From assembly GCA_034780895.1 (NCBI GenBank), contig JAUZTB010000069.1, forward strand, positions 9,857,567 to 9,921,566: a DNA stretch of 64,000 bases, read 5' to 3'. Position numbers and translations under genes: made by a program. Positions 39,265 through 51,635 of this stretch are shown one piece after another (position 1 is the first letter of the stretch; each line of letters opens with the position of its first letter). A model generated the notes under the pieces. That model saw nothing but the letters and a program-made list of their open reading frames with translations, was not told the DNA's origin and searched no databases. This DNA is from Rhynchobatus australiae (taxonomy: Eukaryota).

Positions 39265-39352
39265 CATTTTCTTCAGCAAATTGCTTGGCCTCTTCATACG
39301 TTACATCTCGTTGAGCTTCAAGATCAGCCTTATTTCCTCTAAGAATAATCAC
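39265..39352 (-). CDS. RAB14: RAB14 coding exon 5 (G4 NKAD)
   Basis: cag|GTG ATT ATT CTT AGA GGA AAT AAG GCT GAT...AAT G|gtacat; [29 protein letters not shown]. Confidence 0.97.
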
Positions 39353-41097
39353 CTGTGAACAGAAATCAAAGTAAATATGGGAGAAATAAAAATCTAAATC
39401 AAAAAACAGCAAATGCTGCAAATATTCAGGTCAGGCCACATCCATGGGAAGACAAACAGTTAACGTTGACACCATTTCTCTTCCGACAGACAGTCTGACC
39501 TGCTGAGTATTTCCAACATTTTCTGTTTTAAATATTGCAGATTGCTTATCCTGTCAGATCATCAGCAGGCAGGGAAGTTAGTTTTCAGGCTTAAAACAAA
39601 TGTGCCCCTACTGCAAACCAAAGGCTTGTTTGACAACAACCAAGCTTCATACAGGTAACTTTAAACAGTTGCACTAATTGCAGTTTGTTAGAAAAAGCTA
39701 GACTGTAGCTGAACTGCAAAAAAATTCAGACAAGTACATAATGACAATCTATTTCTGGTGAAAAGAACAACAATCTGAATTCATATGCATTTCCCATTTT
39801 CATTGACAATAGCCCTGTCAATGCTGACCCTATGACTTTGTGCCTTTGATAAAAAACATCACTATTGACCAAACTCATTTGCTTTGAGACCCATTAAAAA
39901 AATTAAACAACTCAACTTAATCAATATGGATGTCTTACACATAAATCACATTTAATCACAATGTCTGACTGCCCAAAATGTGACATTAGAATTCAGTGAG
40001 CTCAATCGGATTCTCAACTGGAGCCATTTTGAAGGCTCACGTGACTGCCTGAAGGGGCTGAAGGCTACCTGGCAATTCCAGATTTCTGCACCGGTCCAAT
40101 TCAGTCAGTGCTCAAGGTCAGATGCAAGCACATCTCACCCCTTGGTTGCAAGTCCAGTGGTGAAACAAGTACAAGGGTATTCCATAGCTCATTTCTTATT
40201 TGGCCCCTCAGCTTTACACCAGCCATAGCTGGCTAATCTTCAAGTTTAATTCACCTGTGTTGCTGACCTACATTAGAGTGACTTTTTTTAAAATTTTAAT
40301 TACCTGACAAATTATTTTCTAACTAATAATTTTTTAGATTTTTTTCACCATTTCCAAATACCTGATTATTCATTGGTTAGACCTTTGCTTCTGCCTTGTG
40401 GGTTGGAGGCCACCTTGCCGCAGGGATGACAGCCAGTGTGACCACAAGGAACGAGCAGACTCACCCTTTTCAGGCTGCCAAATATAGTAGCCTTGAGCTG
40501 CTTTTGGGTTCTTCTTAAATTCAGATTCCAGGAGCCAATACCCAATACTCCATTTTTCCAGCCAGTGATGGACTTGAGATTGTCCACAAATTTGATTTTT
40601 TTAAATTAAAGCATAACATTGGAAGCAGATTCCTGAAAATGTGCATTTAAATACAAAAAGATTTTTGGATTACTCAGCAGTTTCACTCCAAGGCAAACTC
40701 AAGATTTGTATAATGAGAATCATTTGAGTTTGTCATTAAGACACGTGAAATTGCTGTCCCCACTGCATGCGTAGCACACTACTCGTCTCATTATCTGATG
40801 GAGATCCTTATCTCTTAACCAGAGATACAAGTCAAATAAGTGATCAGTTTTAGACTGGATGAAGTCATCCCTTTTGACATTCGTCTTTCCAGATCTGCAG
40901 ACGTGAGCAAAACCCCCTCCAGCACCTCCCATCCAAGTTCTAGGACACATTCTTGCTAAATTAGCTAATCAGCCTGGAGTCAGTAGAAGTGACACTTAAA
41001 TGGTGCAGGTTTCAAAGAATTACCCCAGAAAACACGTACAGAGTTGCAGTGAAGTAATGCAAAACTGAGTCATTGCTTCTACAAACCATTCACTTAC

Positions 41098-41164
41098 AGT
41101 ATGTGGATTGGTCAAGTTTCTTGCATCTGTAAGCCAGCTACTAAGGTGGTTGTAAGTACTTCGC
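41098..41164 (-). CDS. RAB14: RAB14 coding exon 4
   Basis: tag|G CGA AGT...CAT ACT|gtaagt; [22 protein letters not shown]. Confidence 0.97.
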
Positions 41165-41741
41165 CTAGGGAAAAACAATTCCCACAAATTTATTCAAATT
41201 CATCATTCAAGGGTATATTTTAAATGCAGCTGTAGAGAAAATACAAATCTAAAATTACTACAAGGCTTGTGACTAAACAGTGACACACAATGGTGCACTT
41301 AGAATTTTGTAGTTGTAAACCACACAAACAGGAAATAGTGAAGGTTACCAGTCACAATTTGCCTTGCATGCAGTACATCCTGAAGTACAAAAGGTCTTAA
41401 TCCAAAATATTGCCTACATTAGAGTTCTACTTATTTATAATCGTACTGCCATTGTCCTCAATTTGTAAACAGGTTCTTAAAATGCATGCACTTGCCACCT
41501 AGTCAGCTGATGCAAGGCAACATTACAAAAGATTCTACTACCTCTTAAAAATCAAACCATCCAAGATTACTACTCATAAGTCAAAAATTGTGACTTAAGA
41601 ATTCAAGTCGAAAGGATTGAGCTTGGATGTGAAGTCAGCCCATCAGCTAACACTATCACCAAGACTTTCAAATGAAGAGTGCCAATTTTGCTGATGCAAA
41701 AGAGGTCTCAATTTCAGCAGCTGAATTTCAGATGTACATTA

Positions 41742-41948
<207 letters not shown>

Positions 41949-43229
41949 TTACAAGCAACATGCCTTAACATTATTGGAGCAACTCCATTTTAAGCATTTA
42001 CACAAAATTACAACTTATTTACAGACCACACAGCACAATCTCAGTTAACCAAGTGCAACGATACAGTCATGCCTTTTTAGTTCTAGCAAGCATTCTGTTG
42101 ATGTGGGAGCACATCTGATATTTTCATAAATGTTCCCCAANNNNNNNNNNNNTATATACAGCAACAAACTGTGGCTGTGGAATTTCTGATAATTGGGCAC
42201 CTCCAAACTAATTCTGCCTCTGAACATCAAATTAAATAAAAGGGCATCCTAGGCGTGCTTTTGACTGAAATTTAAAGTTGCTACTTCTGAACTCAGGCTT
42301 TTGTTGCACATGTATATCACCTGTTTTGCAGAGGGAGAGAGAAAAAAATTGATGCCACAATATTTGTCCCATCATACCCATTGAGGAAAACTCTGCAGAG
42401 TAGGGGAAAATCCACTGCACGATGAAAAATGTTACCATTTGCAACTCTGCCTAGTTGGCCCTTAAATAGCTTTAGATAAGGAATTGGGTAATAAAAAGAA
42501 TGTAGTCGAGCTTATGTTAACTTAGCAGCCAGTCAGAAAGAAATAGAGGAAAAATATCAAGTCTGTGGCAGTGGATTAAATAGAAAGCAGGAAATTCAGA
42601 TCAGTGAAATTTTGAAGAAACTCACTATTCAGAGCCATTTTTTAAGATGCCTTTAAGACTTTGCCAAGTCTTTTTCTTCACACCTCAATGTAGTGTAAAG
42701 AATAATTAACTATGATGCCACCAGGCAACTTGAATACCATACATCTTTCAATGTAGTTAATGTTTAGGCAGGGTGACCTTGTTGCATCCATTGCTCCAAG
42801 GAGAGCCAACCACAGTTGGTATTCTTGGTTTCCCCATTCAAATACTACCCAGGAACAAATCTGTTTAGCTGCCGATATCAGATAGGATCAGTAGTCTTCA
42901 GACTAGTATTGTTAGAAAACAAAAATACCAACTGTTGGTCATCCAGCTCTTCAAGCCTGCTGCAATTAAATGATCATGGACCATCTTCTACCTCNNNNNN
43001 NNNNNNNNNNNNNNNNNNNNNNNNNNNNNNNNNNNNNNNNNNNNNNNNNNNNNNNNNNNNNNNNNNNNNNNNNNNNNNNNNNNNNNNNNNNNNNCATCTT
43101 CTACCTCAGCACCATTTTCCAATATTATCCCCATAAGTCCAATGATATAACAGTTTCTCTTCTCTCCCCCCCCCCTCCACACAAGGTGGAACACTGATAG
43201 AACCACACCCCTCCAAAGTGGTAAGGAAT

Positions 43230-43620
43230 TCTAAAGGTTCACCACTACATACAGAGTAATTTCTCATTGTCCCAAGCAGTCTACCTCTTATGGTCTTGAA
43301 CTCCTCAGTCACAGGAAACATCAAGCCCTTTAAGAACTTTGCAAGCTTCATTGAGATCTCCCCCTGTTCTACTAAACTCTGGAGACTAGATTCTCAATCA
43401 CTCTTCACACAGCAAAATCTGGAATGAGTCTTGTGAATTTTCATTGTACTCCCTCTATGGTAAACATCCTTTCAGGCAAGGAAGGAGACCAGAGCTACAC
43501 AACATGTCATTACTAGTGCCTTATTTAATTGCAATGCATCTTCATTACTCCTCTATTCAAATCATCTTGTAATAAAGGCTAACATAGCATCTACCCTCTT
43601 AATCATTACTGCACCTACAC
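43230..43620 (-). mobile_element. CR1 fragment
   Basis: gagatctccccctgttctactaaactc...ggagaccagagctacacaac. Confidence 0.6.
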
Positions 43621-44490
43621 CAATCATAATCCTACACTTCTACCCATCCATCACTAATTCAGGCCAGCTCCTCAACACAGATCAGTATTACACATCATGT
43701 CATCAGCAATTAGTTGTCAACCACAATTAAATCTGAAATGTGTAAACAGGAAGTTCGAGGACAAGACTAAAAATGTAAAATGATTTATCTTATTTGGTTA
43801 TTTTTTTATATATATACACACACACATATATACTTGGTGACATTAGATGAAAGGGGAAAGAGCATTGCACAAATGTTCAAACCTACTTAACTGGACTATC
43901 ACAATTAACATTCAACTGACAGCAATTGTTAACCAAGAACAAAGATTGTGCACTCAAATTCTGGACCAGCACAAATTCAGCTGCAAGTTGAGCTTGGTGC
44001 CAAGGCAAGTGAACACTTGGCAAAATCAGATTTAAATGGAAACAGTGGGAACCATTTTTCCCAGAACTTCAACTCATTTTTAAAACCAATAGATTTCCAA
44101 TTCAATAGAGATTTTCCAATTCAATTGCTGGAGGCGGGGATTAGGAGGGGCAGGGTGGGAGAGCAGACTCAGCAATTGATTAGTACATGGGATTAACACA
44201 TCCAATTAAACAGCTGCCTTAACAAGTGCCTTCATTACACAAATTGAGAGAACACACCTTTGTGTATTGTGCCACATCAGACACTAAGCAACATAACCAA
44301 TGAGAGGTTTCAATACATGTCCTCGTGGGAGGGGGCAGGGTTACTTCCTTTCATTTTGAAGGCTCATTTTTTAAATTTCACTACACAAGTTGGGACAAAT
44401 GCACTGGACTAAAACAGAGCTCAACTCAGGATCTATAGTTCAGTAATGTTCACAGTCAAGGTTTGAAAGTGGATTTCAATATTTACTTAC

Positions 44491-44544
44491 ATTTCTTTTC
44501 TGTAAATTGATGAAGCAAGCACGACTTCCCTACACCCATGTCTC
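44491..44544 (-). CDS. RAB14: RAB14 coding exon 2 (P-loop GDMGVGKS)
   Basis: tag|GA GAC ATG GGT GTA GGG AAG TCG...AAA T|gtaagt. Confidence 0.97.
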
Positions 44545-46657
44545 CTATTATAAAATAAACTTTCAGGTCAGTCATAAAAGGATTAAAGTCAACACAAATA
44601 AAAAATACCACATTTTGCTATGTCTCTGTATCTTTTGTTTCAAGCCAGAATATCTAATATATTGAAAGAGATGTAGAGCCTCTCAAGTCCCTGTCCTACA
44701 GGCATCATCTTTAATTTCAGTACCGGATGTTTCACACGATGCATTTAAAATTGAAGACGTCATGCATCATTACCACAGAAACAAATGGAGTGCTAAATTT
44801 ACATAGGCTTCCTTTCAAAAAGGAATCCTGTGCCAATCTCTCAATTCCACTGATTACATAGCCACTCTCTTTGCTGGAGTATTATTTGACCACACTTCTG
44901 AATTAAATTAGTTGTTCTTTTATATCTACTAGAGTGGCTTTACACTATTCAATGCAGCTGTAAAATATTCCTTGTTTTTTTAAATATATAAAAGAGGCAC
45001 CCAAAAAGATGGATATTTTAATTGGCAGAGCACAGGATCAAAAGTTTATAAAGGGATCACCACACAATGGAATCACCTTTTCATTTTAAAGGATATCCAA
45101 ATACAACTAACTTTTCCTTAACACTAAAGAAGAAACAATTCCAAAGCCATGATTACATTTAAAATGACTATTGTTCATGTTGTGAATTCATTTTAATCTT
45201 CAGCAAAGCAAAAGTACCAGAATTACGATTCAGAATTTCATTGCTTGGATAAACACAACTCAGTCTGGTTAAACAATATTTTGAAGGCAAGTGATACACA
45301 TTGCCAAATTAATAAGGTCAGCTATCAAGTACATCTCACATAGCTGGCATCCTGAAACATACTTTGCAACAGGTACACAATTCTTGCCTTCCATTACAAA
45401 CTTCCTGAAATTTCTTCTTCACATACAACCTTAAAGTTTACACTCAAATGCCTTGTCATTATCTTCAAATTATTAGTAACACACCACAAAGTGCTTGGAG
45501 GATGTTATAGATTATATATTAAATTCTACCACAGTATTTTAGCAATTTCTATATCCCACACATTTCATACAAAGCCAGACCCTATACCTGCCAATCAACT
45601 TTTGTGCTAGCATGCTGTGCAAAACTTTGGAACATGGAATACACAAAGTAACAAAATAAAATTAAAAATACCAGGATTGCCAGTTACCTTCAAGTAAAAA
45701 CAACTTTACACAAATAACTACATATCACTTGCATTCCCCTCAGAAACCCAAGCCTCAGTTGCTCAGAAACTTTCCATGCAAAATAACTCAAACTGTCATT
45801 ACTTCTAGTACACAACAATACAATGGAAATCTAGAAACCATTCCAGATGATGAACACAAAATTATAACATTAACACACACCAAATATCAGATTTGTACAC
45901 CAAATTCTATCCAAGATATAGAAGTTAACATAAATTATATCTAGAAAAAGAAAAACTTGCCATATTGCAAACCAAAGTGCATTACATTCAATTAAGTTTT
46001 ATCATTTTTGTAGACAGTCCATGCACAATATAACCCCAGAAAAACAAAGAAATAACCAATATGCTAATTTGCTTTAAGGTTATTGTTGGTGAATCAGAAG
46101 ATGGACAATATGGAGGGCTAGATAGAAAAAGTTACCTGATCTTCAATTATTCCAGGGAAACATGTCAAACTCAGACAGGAGTTTAATGGCTCACCTGACA
46201 CATGGAAGTGCAGTAAGTACTCTCTCAGCAGTACACTGGCCCAGTCTGAATTACTGCTTGAGAGCACAACTTTCTAATTAAGACTAAGAGGCAAGAGTCA
46301 TGTCATTTTTGGTAATATTTCTAACATCTATAGTTACAGAAACTTTCACAGACTTCTACTTTAATTTGCTTTCCACTTCAGATTGGAGTGTAGTGTGGTC
46401 AAAGACAAAGCTTGGTGTACTGTGTGTATCAAACAGCAAGAGAATACTTGGAAAGGAGTTGGAAGAGAATAGGAAGTTTGAAAACTGCCAAATGAATCAG
46501 TTATATTCTTAGTTCATTCACTCATATTTACATTGTTCTCAAAAGTTCTTTGAGTACTTTATGAATAGGTTACCTCATTACTACATGCAAGCTATTAAAT
46601 TGCATTGGATCCCATCTCTAGAAATTGAACTTGAAATCCAAAACCAAATGTACTCAC

Positions 46658-46709
46658 CAATTATAATATATTTGAAGATGTAGGAATAGTTGTATGGAGC
46701 AGTGGCCAT
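46658..46709 (-). CDS. RAB14: RAB14 first coding exon (MATAPYNYSYIFKYIII)
   Basis: Acceptor ctag|AGCCAGG ATG (exon starts at 46716); donor G|gtgagt; matches the human N-terminus. Confidence 0.97.
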
Positions 46710-49700
46710 CCTGGCTCTAGAAAAAGGGAAGGACAAAAAGGATGACTATAATAAAAATTCAGATTGTTCTGAATACATTATAGAACATTAATTTATTTAC
46801 TGATGTCCTCTAGTCTTGCAGAGTCATATTTAGAAATTACTGACTATAGTTCAAGTCTGTGGCATCCCTGCAATGGCAGGTAAGCTATTCCAAAATAGTT
46901 TAATGCTGTACCATTTCTGTCCCTCTGCTCAAAAGGGAAAAAGTTTACAATGAAACATTTTGAAAAAAGATTATGGAAAGCTGAAATAGAAACAGAAAAC
47001 ACTACAAATACTGAGATCAGGTAGTATCTGTTCTGCCATAGTCTCAGACACTATAATTTGAACTGTTTCCACAGACACTTCCCAATTTGCTGAGAGTTTA
47101 CTACATTTTCTGATTTGATTTAAGATATTACTTGCTCATCCTGCCTCTTACTCAAAAAGATGGAAGGGTGACAACTTGTCTGCTCAACTCAGAATATCTG
47201 AGTTGTTAGGTGGAAGATGAAATCTGATCCTTATCTTCTACAACAGTGGGCAGTTTCTACAAAGTAGAGGATAAAAAAACTCCTGCTGGTTAACTTCTAC
47301 ATGTGATTTACTTTATGAATAATACATTCTGTGACACTCAAAACATTCACTGTTCTTTTTAACCAAGCAGGAAGCACGTTTGACAAACTATTCCAGTCAA
47401 CACAGGAACAAGACCCTCTCAACCACACACTTCAGCCACATCCAACAAAAACTTTGCATTGCGTTTGTCTGACTACAGACTTTTACTTTTACAATCTTTC
47501 ATCCCCTTGCCACCCAAAAATATAGATTTACCTGTTAAATGTATTAAGCAAAAATTTATGCCACAACTTGTATTAATCGTTTTTGAGTGACAAATCATTA
47601 ACTGAGCAAGAAATAACGAAGATTTTCTTCAGGTGTCCAACTGCATTCAATTTATGTACTTCCAAAAGTACAATTTCATTGAATTCACTATAATCGTTTA
47701 GCAGTCCTTTAACATTTTGTAAAATAGAGCAAGAGATGGTAGAATTTGGAACCCAAGAAATGAGAGCTAGAATATTTGGGGGTGAAATCAGGAAGCACTT
47801 CAAACTCTGCAACAGATCTGGAATCAAAACCCAAGAATGACAAATTTTGGTGAAGGATTACAGAGCAATCCTTACTATGGAGAATTATGGAGCCAAAACA
47901 AAAATCAGGTAACTGAAATATATACAGGTCAGCCACAAATTTCACAATACAAGTATCATGCTCAATGTGCTAAATAACTTGATTCTGTAGTCATTGCAAT
48001 CAATTCTTCGAACTACATTTTCATGAGGCCTAACTAATCTTGTACTGTTTACCAGATTCTTCCTTCACATGGTGTATCAACTATTATCAAAAGGGCTGGT
48101 CATCCTCGAGGAAATTGTGCCTCACACCATAGATAACAGCAGGAATTCTTATTTGACTACAATATGCAGCAGTATCACACCCTCCACTTTAAATATCAGG
48201 AGAAGAACAGTTAAGAAAAACCAGTGGAACAATCAAATCACCATTAGTGTATTGATATCATTGAGCTACATACAAGATTATACTACATTTACTGTTGCTG
48301 TACGTAGCACATTTTTTAAAAAAGGGTTTCAAAGCATGCTGTTTACCCAATAGATACAAGTTGTATTTAACATGGTTAGAAAAGGTGCATAGTATTTTAC
48401 TTGCTCAAGGCCACAATGTAGGTCAAATACAAGAGCTAAGTGGATGGTTTACTGCTATAGTGCACCCTTAGTACTGAGCACAAAAATTTAAGAAAATTAT
48501 TCAATGCTTCACTGAATTGAAGAAAATAGATGCTTGTAGAGCATTTTAGAACCATCTGCAGTTCAACTTAATATAGTGACCCACTTGGCAAAAACCCAAC
48601 TTAAATCTACGTACAAGCATCAAAATGTAAAACAATGGAATGAGAGGGAGAAAACATGAATGTGCAATGACCATTTACTGTTGAAAACATTGAACCAAAG
48701 ATTTTTTGCTGGACCAAAATTTAAAAAAAACACTTATTTTGTGCAATGAGTTCAAAATAGTGTGCATTGTTGTGTATGTAGGCAGCTCCAACTGTCATTT
48801 GGTCTGAAACCATTCCACACATTCTAGTACAAGTAGCAATGAGCACTTTCACAAAAGCTTCCAAACCAATATCAGGAAACACCAAGGGAACCAGTGCTGA
48901 CACCTGTCAAACCTGACATGCTGGATAACCGAGTCTTTAAAAATTGTACTGCTCCGCTTGCGGGTTCTGCCAGTCCAGAACTGTCAATTCTTGCATTGTA
49001 TAAAGCCAAGCATTTATCAGCATGCTAAATATTGCAATTCCCATCTCCACCTCTACCAGACATGGACAAGATAAGCAATACTACACCACTCCACCCCAGT
49101 GATCTCATTCAAATCATATGCTAATATACATTTCCTTTGTCACCAATTCAAAAACTGCTAAGGTTGAAGGTTCATCATAAAAGCCTGCACTGATCACCTG
49201 AAAAACTATTTCATCAAATAGTGTTGCCCAAATAATGTTGCTCTTGGTCCTTCAATAGTAAGATTTTTTCTGCACTCCTATTACACAGCAATTTCACTTA
49301 AACAGCTTTTCTTCCATTACAGAATTGTGCAGCCCTCCTTCTTCCCAGCATCGACTGCAGAAGGCTCTGATCGACTCCATTCTTGAAATCAACATCACTT
49401 ATTAACCAAGTCTACTGGCCTCCACACTCTCCATGGTTCAGGGTCCTCTTACATTGGATTTGTTTAACAGAGGACTTTCAAACATCAACATGTACAAGTG
49501 CAGGTGGAAATTGAACCAATGCACACCCTCTTACAACAAGTATATAAAACTAAAGCATTTGAGCAACTGTAAGATCATCGAGTTGGAAGTGATCAATCAT
49601 ACAAGGGAAGTTTAAGTTAGAAGTGATGAGAGGCATTTATATCCTGTTCCTCACCAGATCCTCATTCAAATACAAGAATAATGCAAAATCTAAGAAGAAT

Positions 49701-50369
49701 TTGCCCTTGACCTTCACGATAGCTTCAATAGTTTGAGAAATGAATTTGAAGATCTTGTCTAAAAGAGTAGTTGTATGCAAGCATGACATGCAGAATTGCA
49801 GTTTCTGATATGCATTTACAACAAACATGTAACAGCAGTACCAAATCAGATGGAAACTTCTCCATCACAGATACATTTTCTAACTTCATTTTAGACATTT
49901 GGTCATTTGTTTGATTTACACACAAATTTGAGAACATGAACAGTTCCAAAATCTTTGTATTCGCCAATCTTGGTTAGAGGCAGAAGCGTAGTCAGAGTAG
50001 ACGAGGAAGGGAAAATGAACTATGGTTCATGTTCCTGACAGATTGAGACTCAGCTACAGCATTCTGTCCATCCTGTTGGACACAGGGTCATAAATGAATA
50101 TCAGGTATTAAAAAGACATGTCACAGCTTGCCAGAAAAGTAACAGTCACTAATTTCAGCATCCAGAGGATGGATGATACTCTGCAAAATACACCTTTAAA
50201 GTCTAATGTTTGCATATTTGAACTAGGCAAAACTACATAATAGGGCATGCTCAAAATATGAAGTCCAAAATAAATTGCTACATATGTTAATGTTGCATTA
50301 TTGAAGAGTTTGTTTATACAAATCAATACCCCAGTTGCATTTTAGAAAATAAGCAGTACACAGCTACAC

Positions 50370-50715
50370 TGGAGAGTACAGAGATTCACCAGGATGTTGC
50401 CTCATTTGGAGGGCTGATAGAAATATACATTATGAGAGCCATGGCAGGGGTATTAAAAACAAGTGGGTATAGGTTTAAAGGCAAGAGGAAGAAGTTTATA
50501 AAGGGGATCTGAGGGGAAGTTTTCACATAGAGAGTGGTTGACATCTGAACTCTGTCAGAAGTGGTGGTAGAATCAAATGCAATCACTACAAATGAAATAT
50601 TTAGACAGGCACTTAAATAGGCAAGGCATAGAAGTATATAGTCCTAATGGGCATAAATCAGATTGGTGTTACAAGGGAAAACAAAGGCCAGAATGGACGT
50701 GGTGGGCCATAGCTG
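50370..50715 (+). mobile_element. CR1 3' fragment
   Basis: agagtacagagattcaccaggatgttgcc...gtgggtataggtttaaag...agagtggttgacatctgaactctg. Confidence 0.7.
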
Positions 50716-50904
50716 TACAGCACAGAGACTGGCTCTATTAACATTCCCAGCTTTAAGTTAATTCCCAATTAATGAACACTATTAATTTGATGTTAGCTGA
50801 GATATTAATTGTATTGATGTTTGCATTTCTCTCCTCACACCATAAAAACTATAATATTTTTCAAGAACATGAAGAGTTTTCTCATTTTGACAAATCCAAC
50901 CATA

Positions 50905-51635
50905 AAGATTGCAGACAGAAAATGCTGGAAACACTCAGCAGAGTTAAGGAACATTTGTGGAAAGAGGAACAGTTATATTCCATGTCAAAGACCCTTTAGA
51001 ACTAGGAGAGAAAAATAGAGTTGTAGAAGATGGAAACGACAAAGGGAATGCCTCTGATGTGGCAACCCTGACCTTGCCCTTGTAATTCTCCATCCCACTC
51101 CACTCTGACCATTTACGGCCTCCAGTGCTGTTAGAGCAAGACTAACACAAGCTTGAGGAATAGCACCACATCTGTCCAGGCATACTGCAACCTTCCCAAC
51201 TATAAAATTCTGTAATTTCAGGCAACTTGCCTTCTCTGGCTATACAAGTGACCATTTCTACTACAAGCCATCAATCTGAATGTGGGCTTGGCTCTTCTCA
51301 TTTGTATAGCCTGACCAGTTGGCAATGTCACAAACCTACGAGCAGACATAGAGCTATAGTCTGTATTTTCACTTTAATTATCCTTTTACCCATTTGACTG
51401 AAGAGCCTGAACAACTTATCCCTACAGCAATCCTGATCTCACTCCATCACATATTCCTCTTCTCCACCCCTTTCCCAAGCACCTTAAAACCATTTTTCCC
51501 TTTACTTCCCTAATTCTGATAAGGAGTCTTCGAATTGAAATGACAAATGTTTCTTATTACAGTTGCTGCTTGACCTGCTGTGTTTCCAGCATTCTCAATT
51601 TTTACTTCAGATTTCTGGAATTTAGTTTCCACTTT
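50905..51635 (+). mobile_element. Penelope-like element remnant with inverted terminal arms
   Basis: Arms acagaaaatgctggaaacactcagca and tgacctgctgtgtttccagcattct; internal decayed GIY-YIG C-terminus (PSHS...KLEE*H...LQP...FR) at about 51085-51225. Confidence 0.65.

Noticed and set aside
40366-40632. Possible RAB14 cassette exon ending in AGG|GTGAGT at about 40464
   Set aside because: The RAB14 CDS is already complete at 215 aa and the segment shows no homology; an isolated donor match is not enough.
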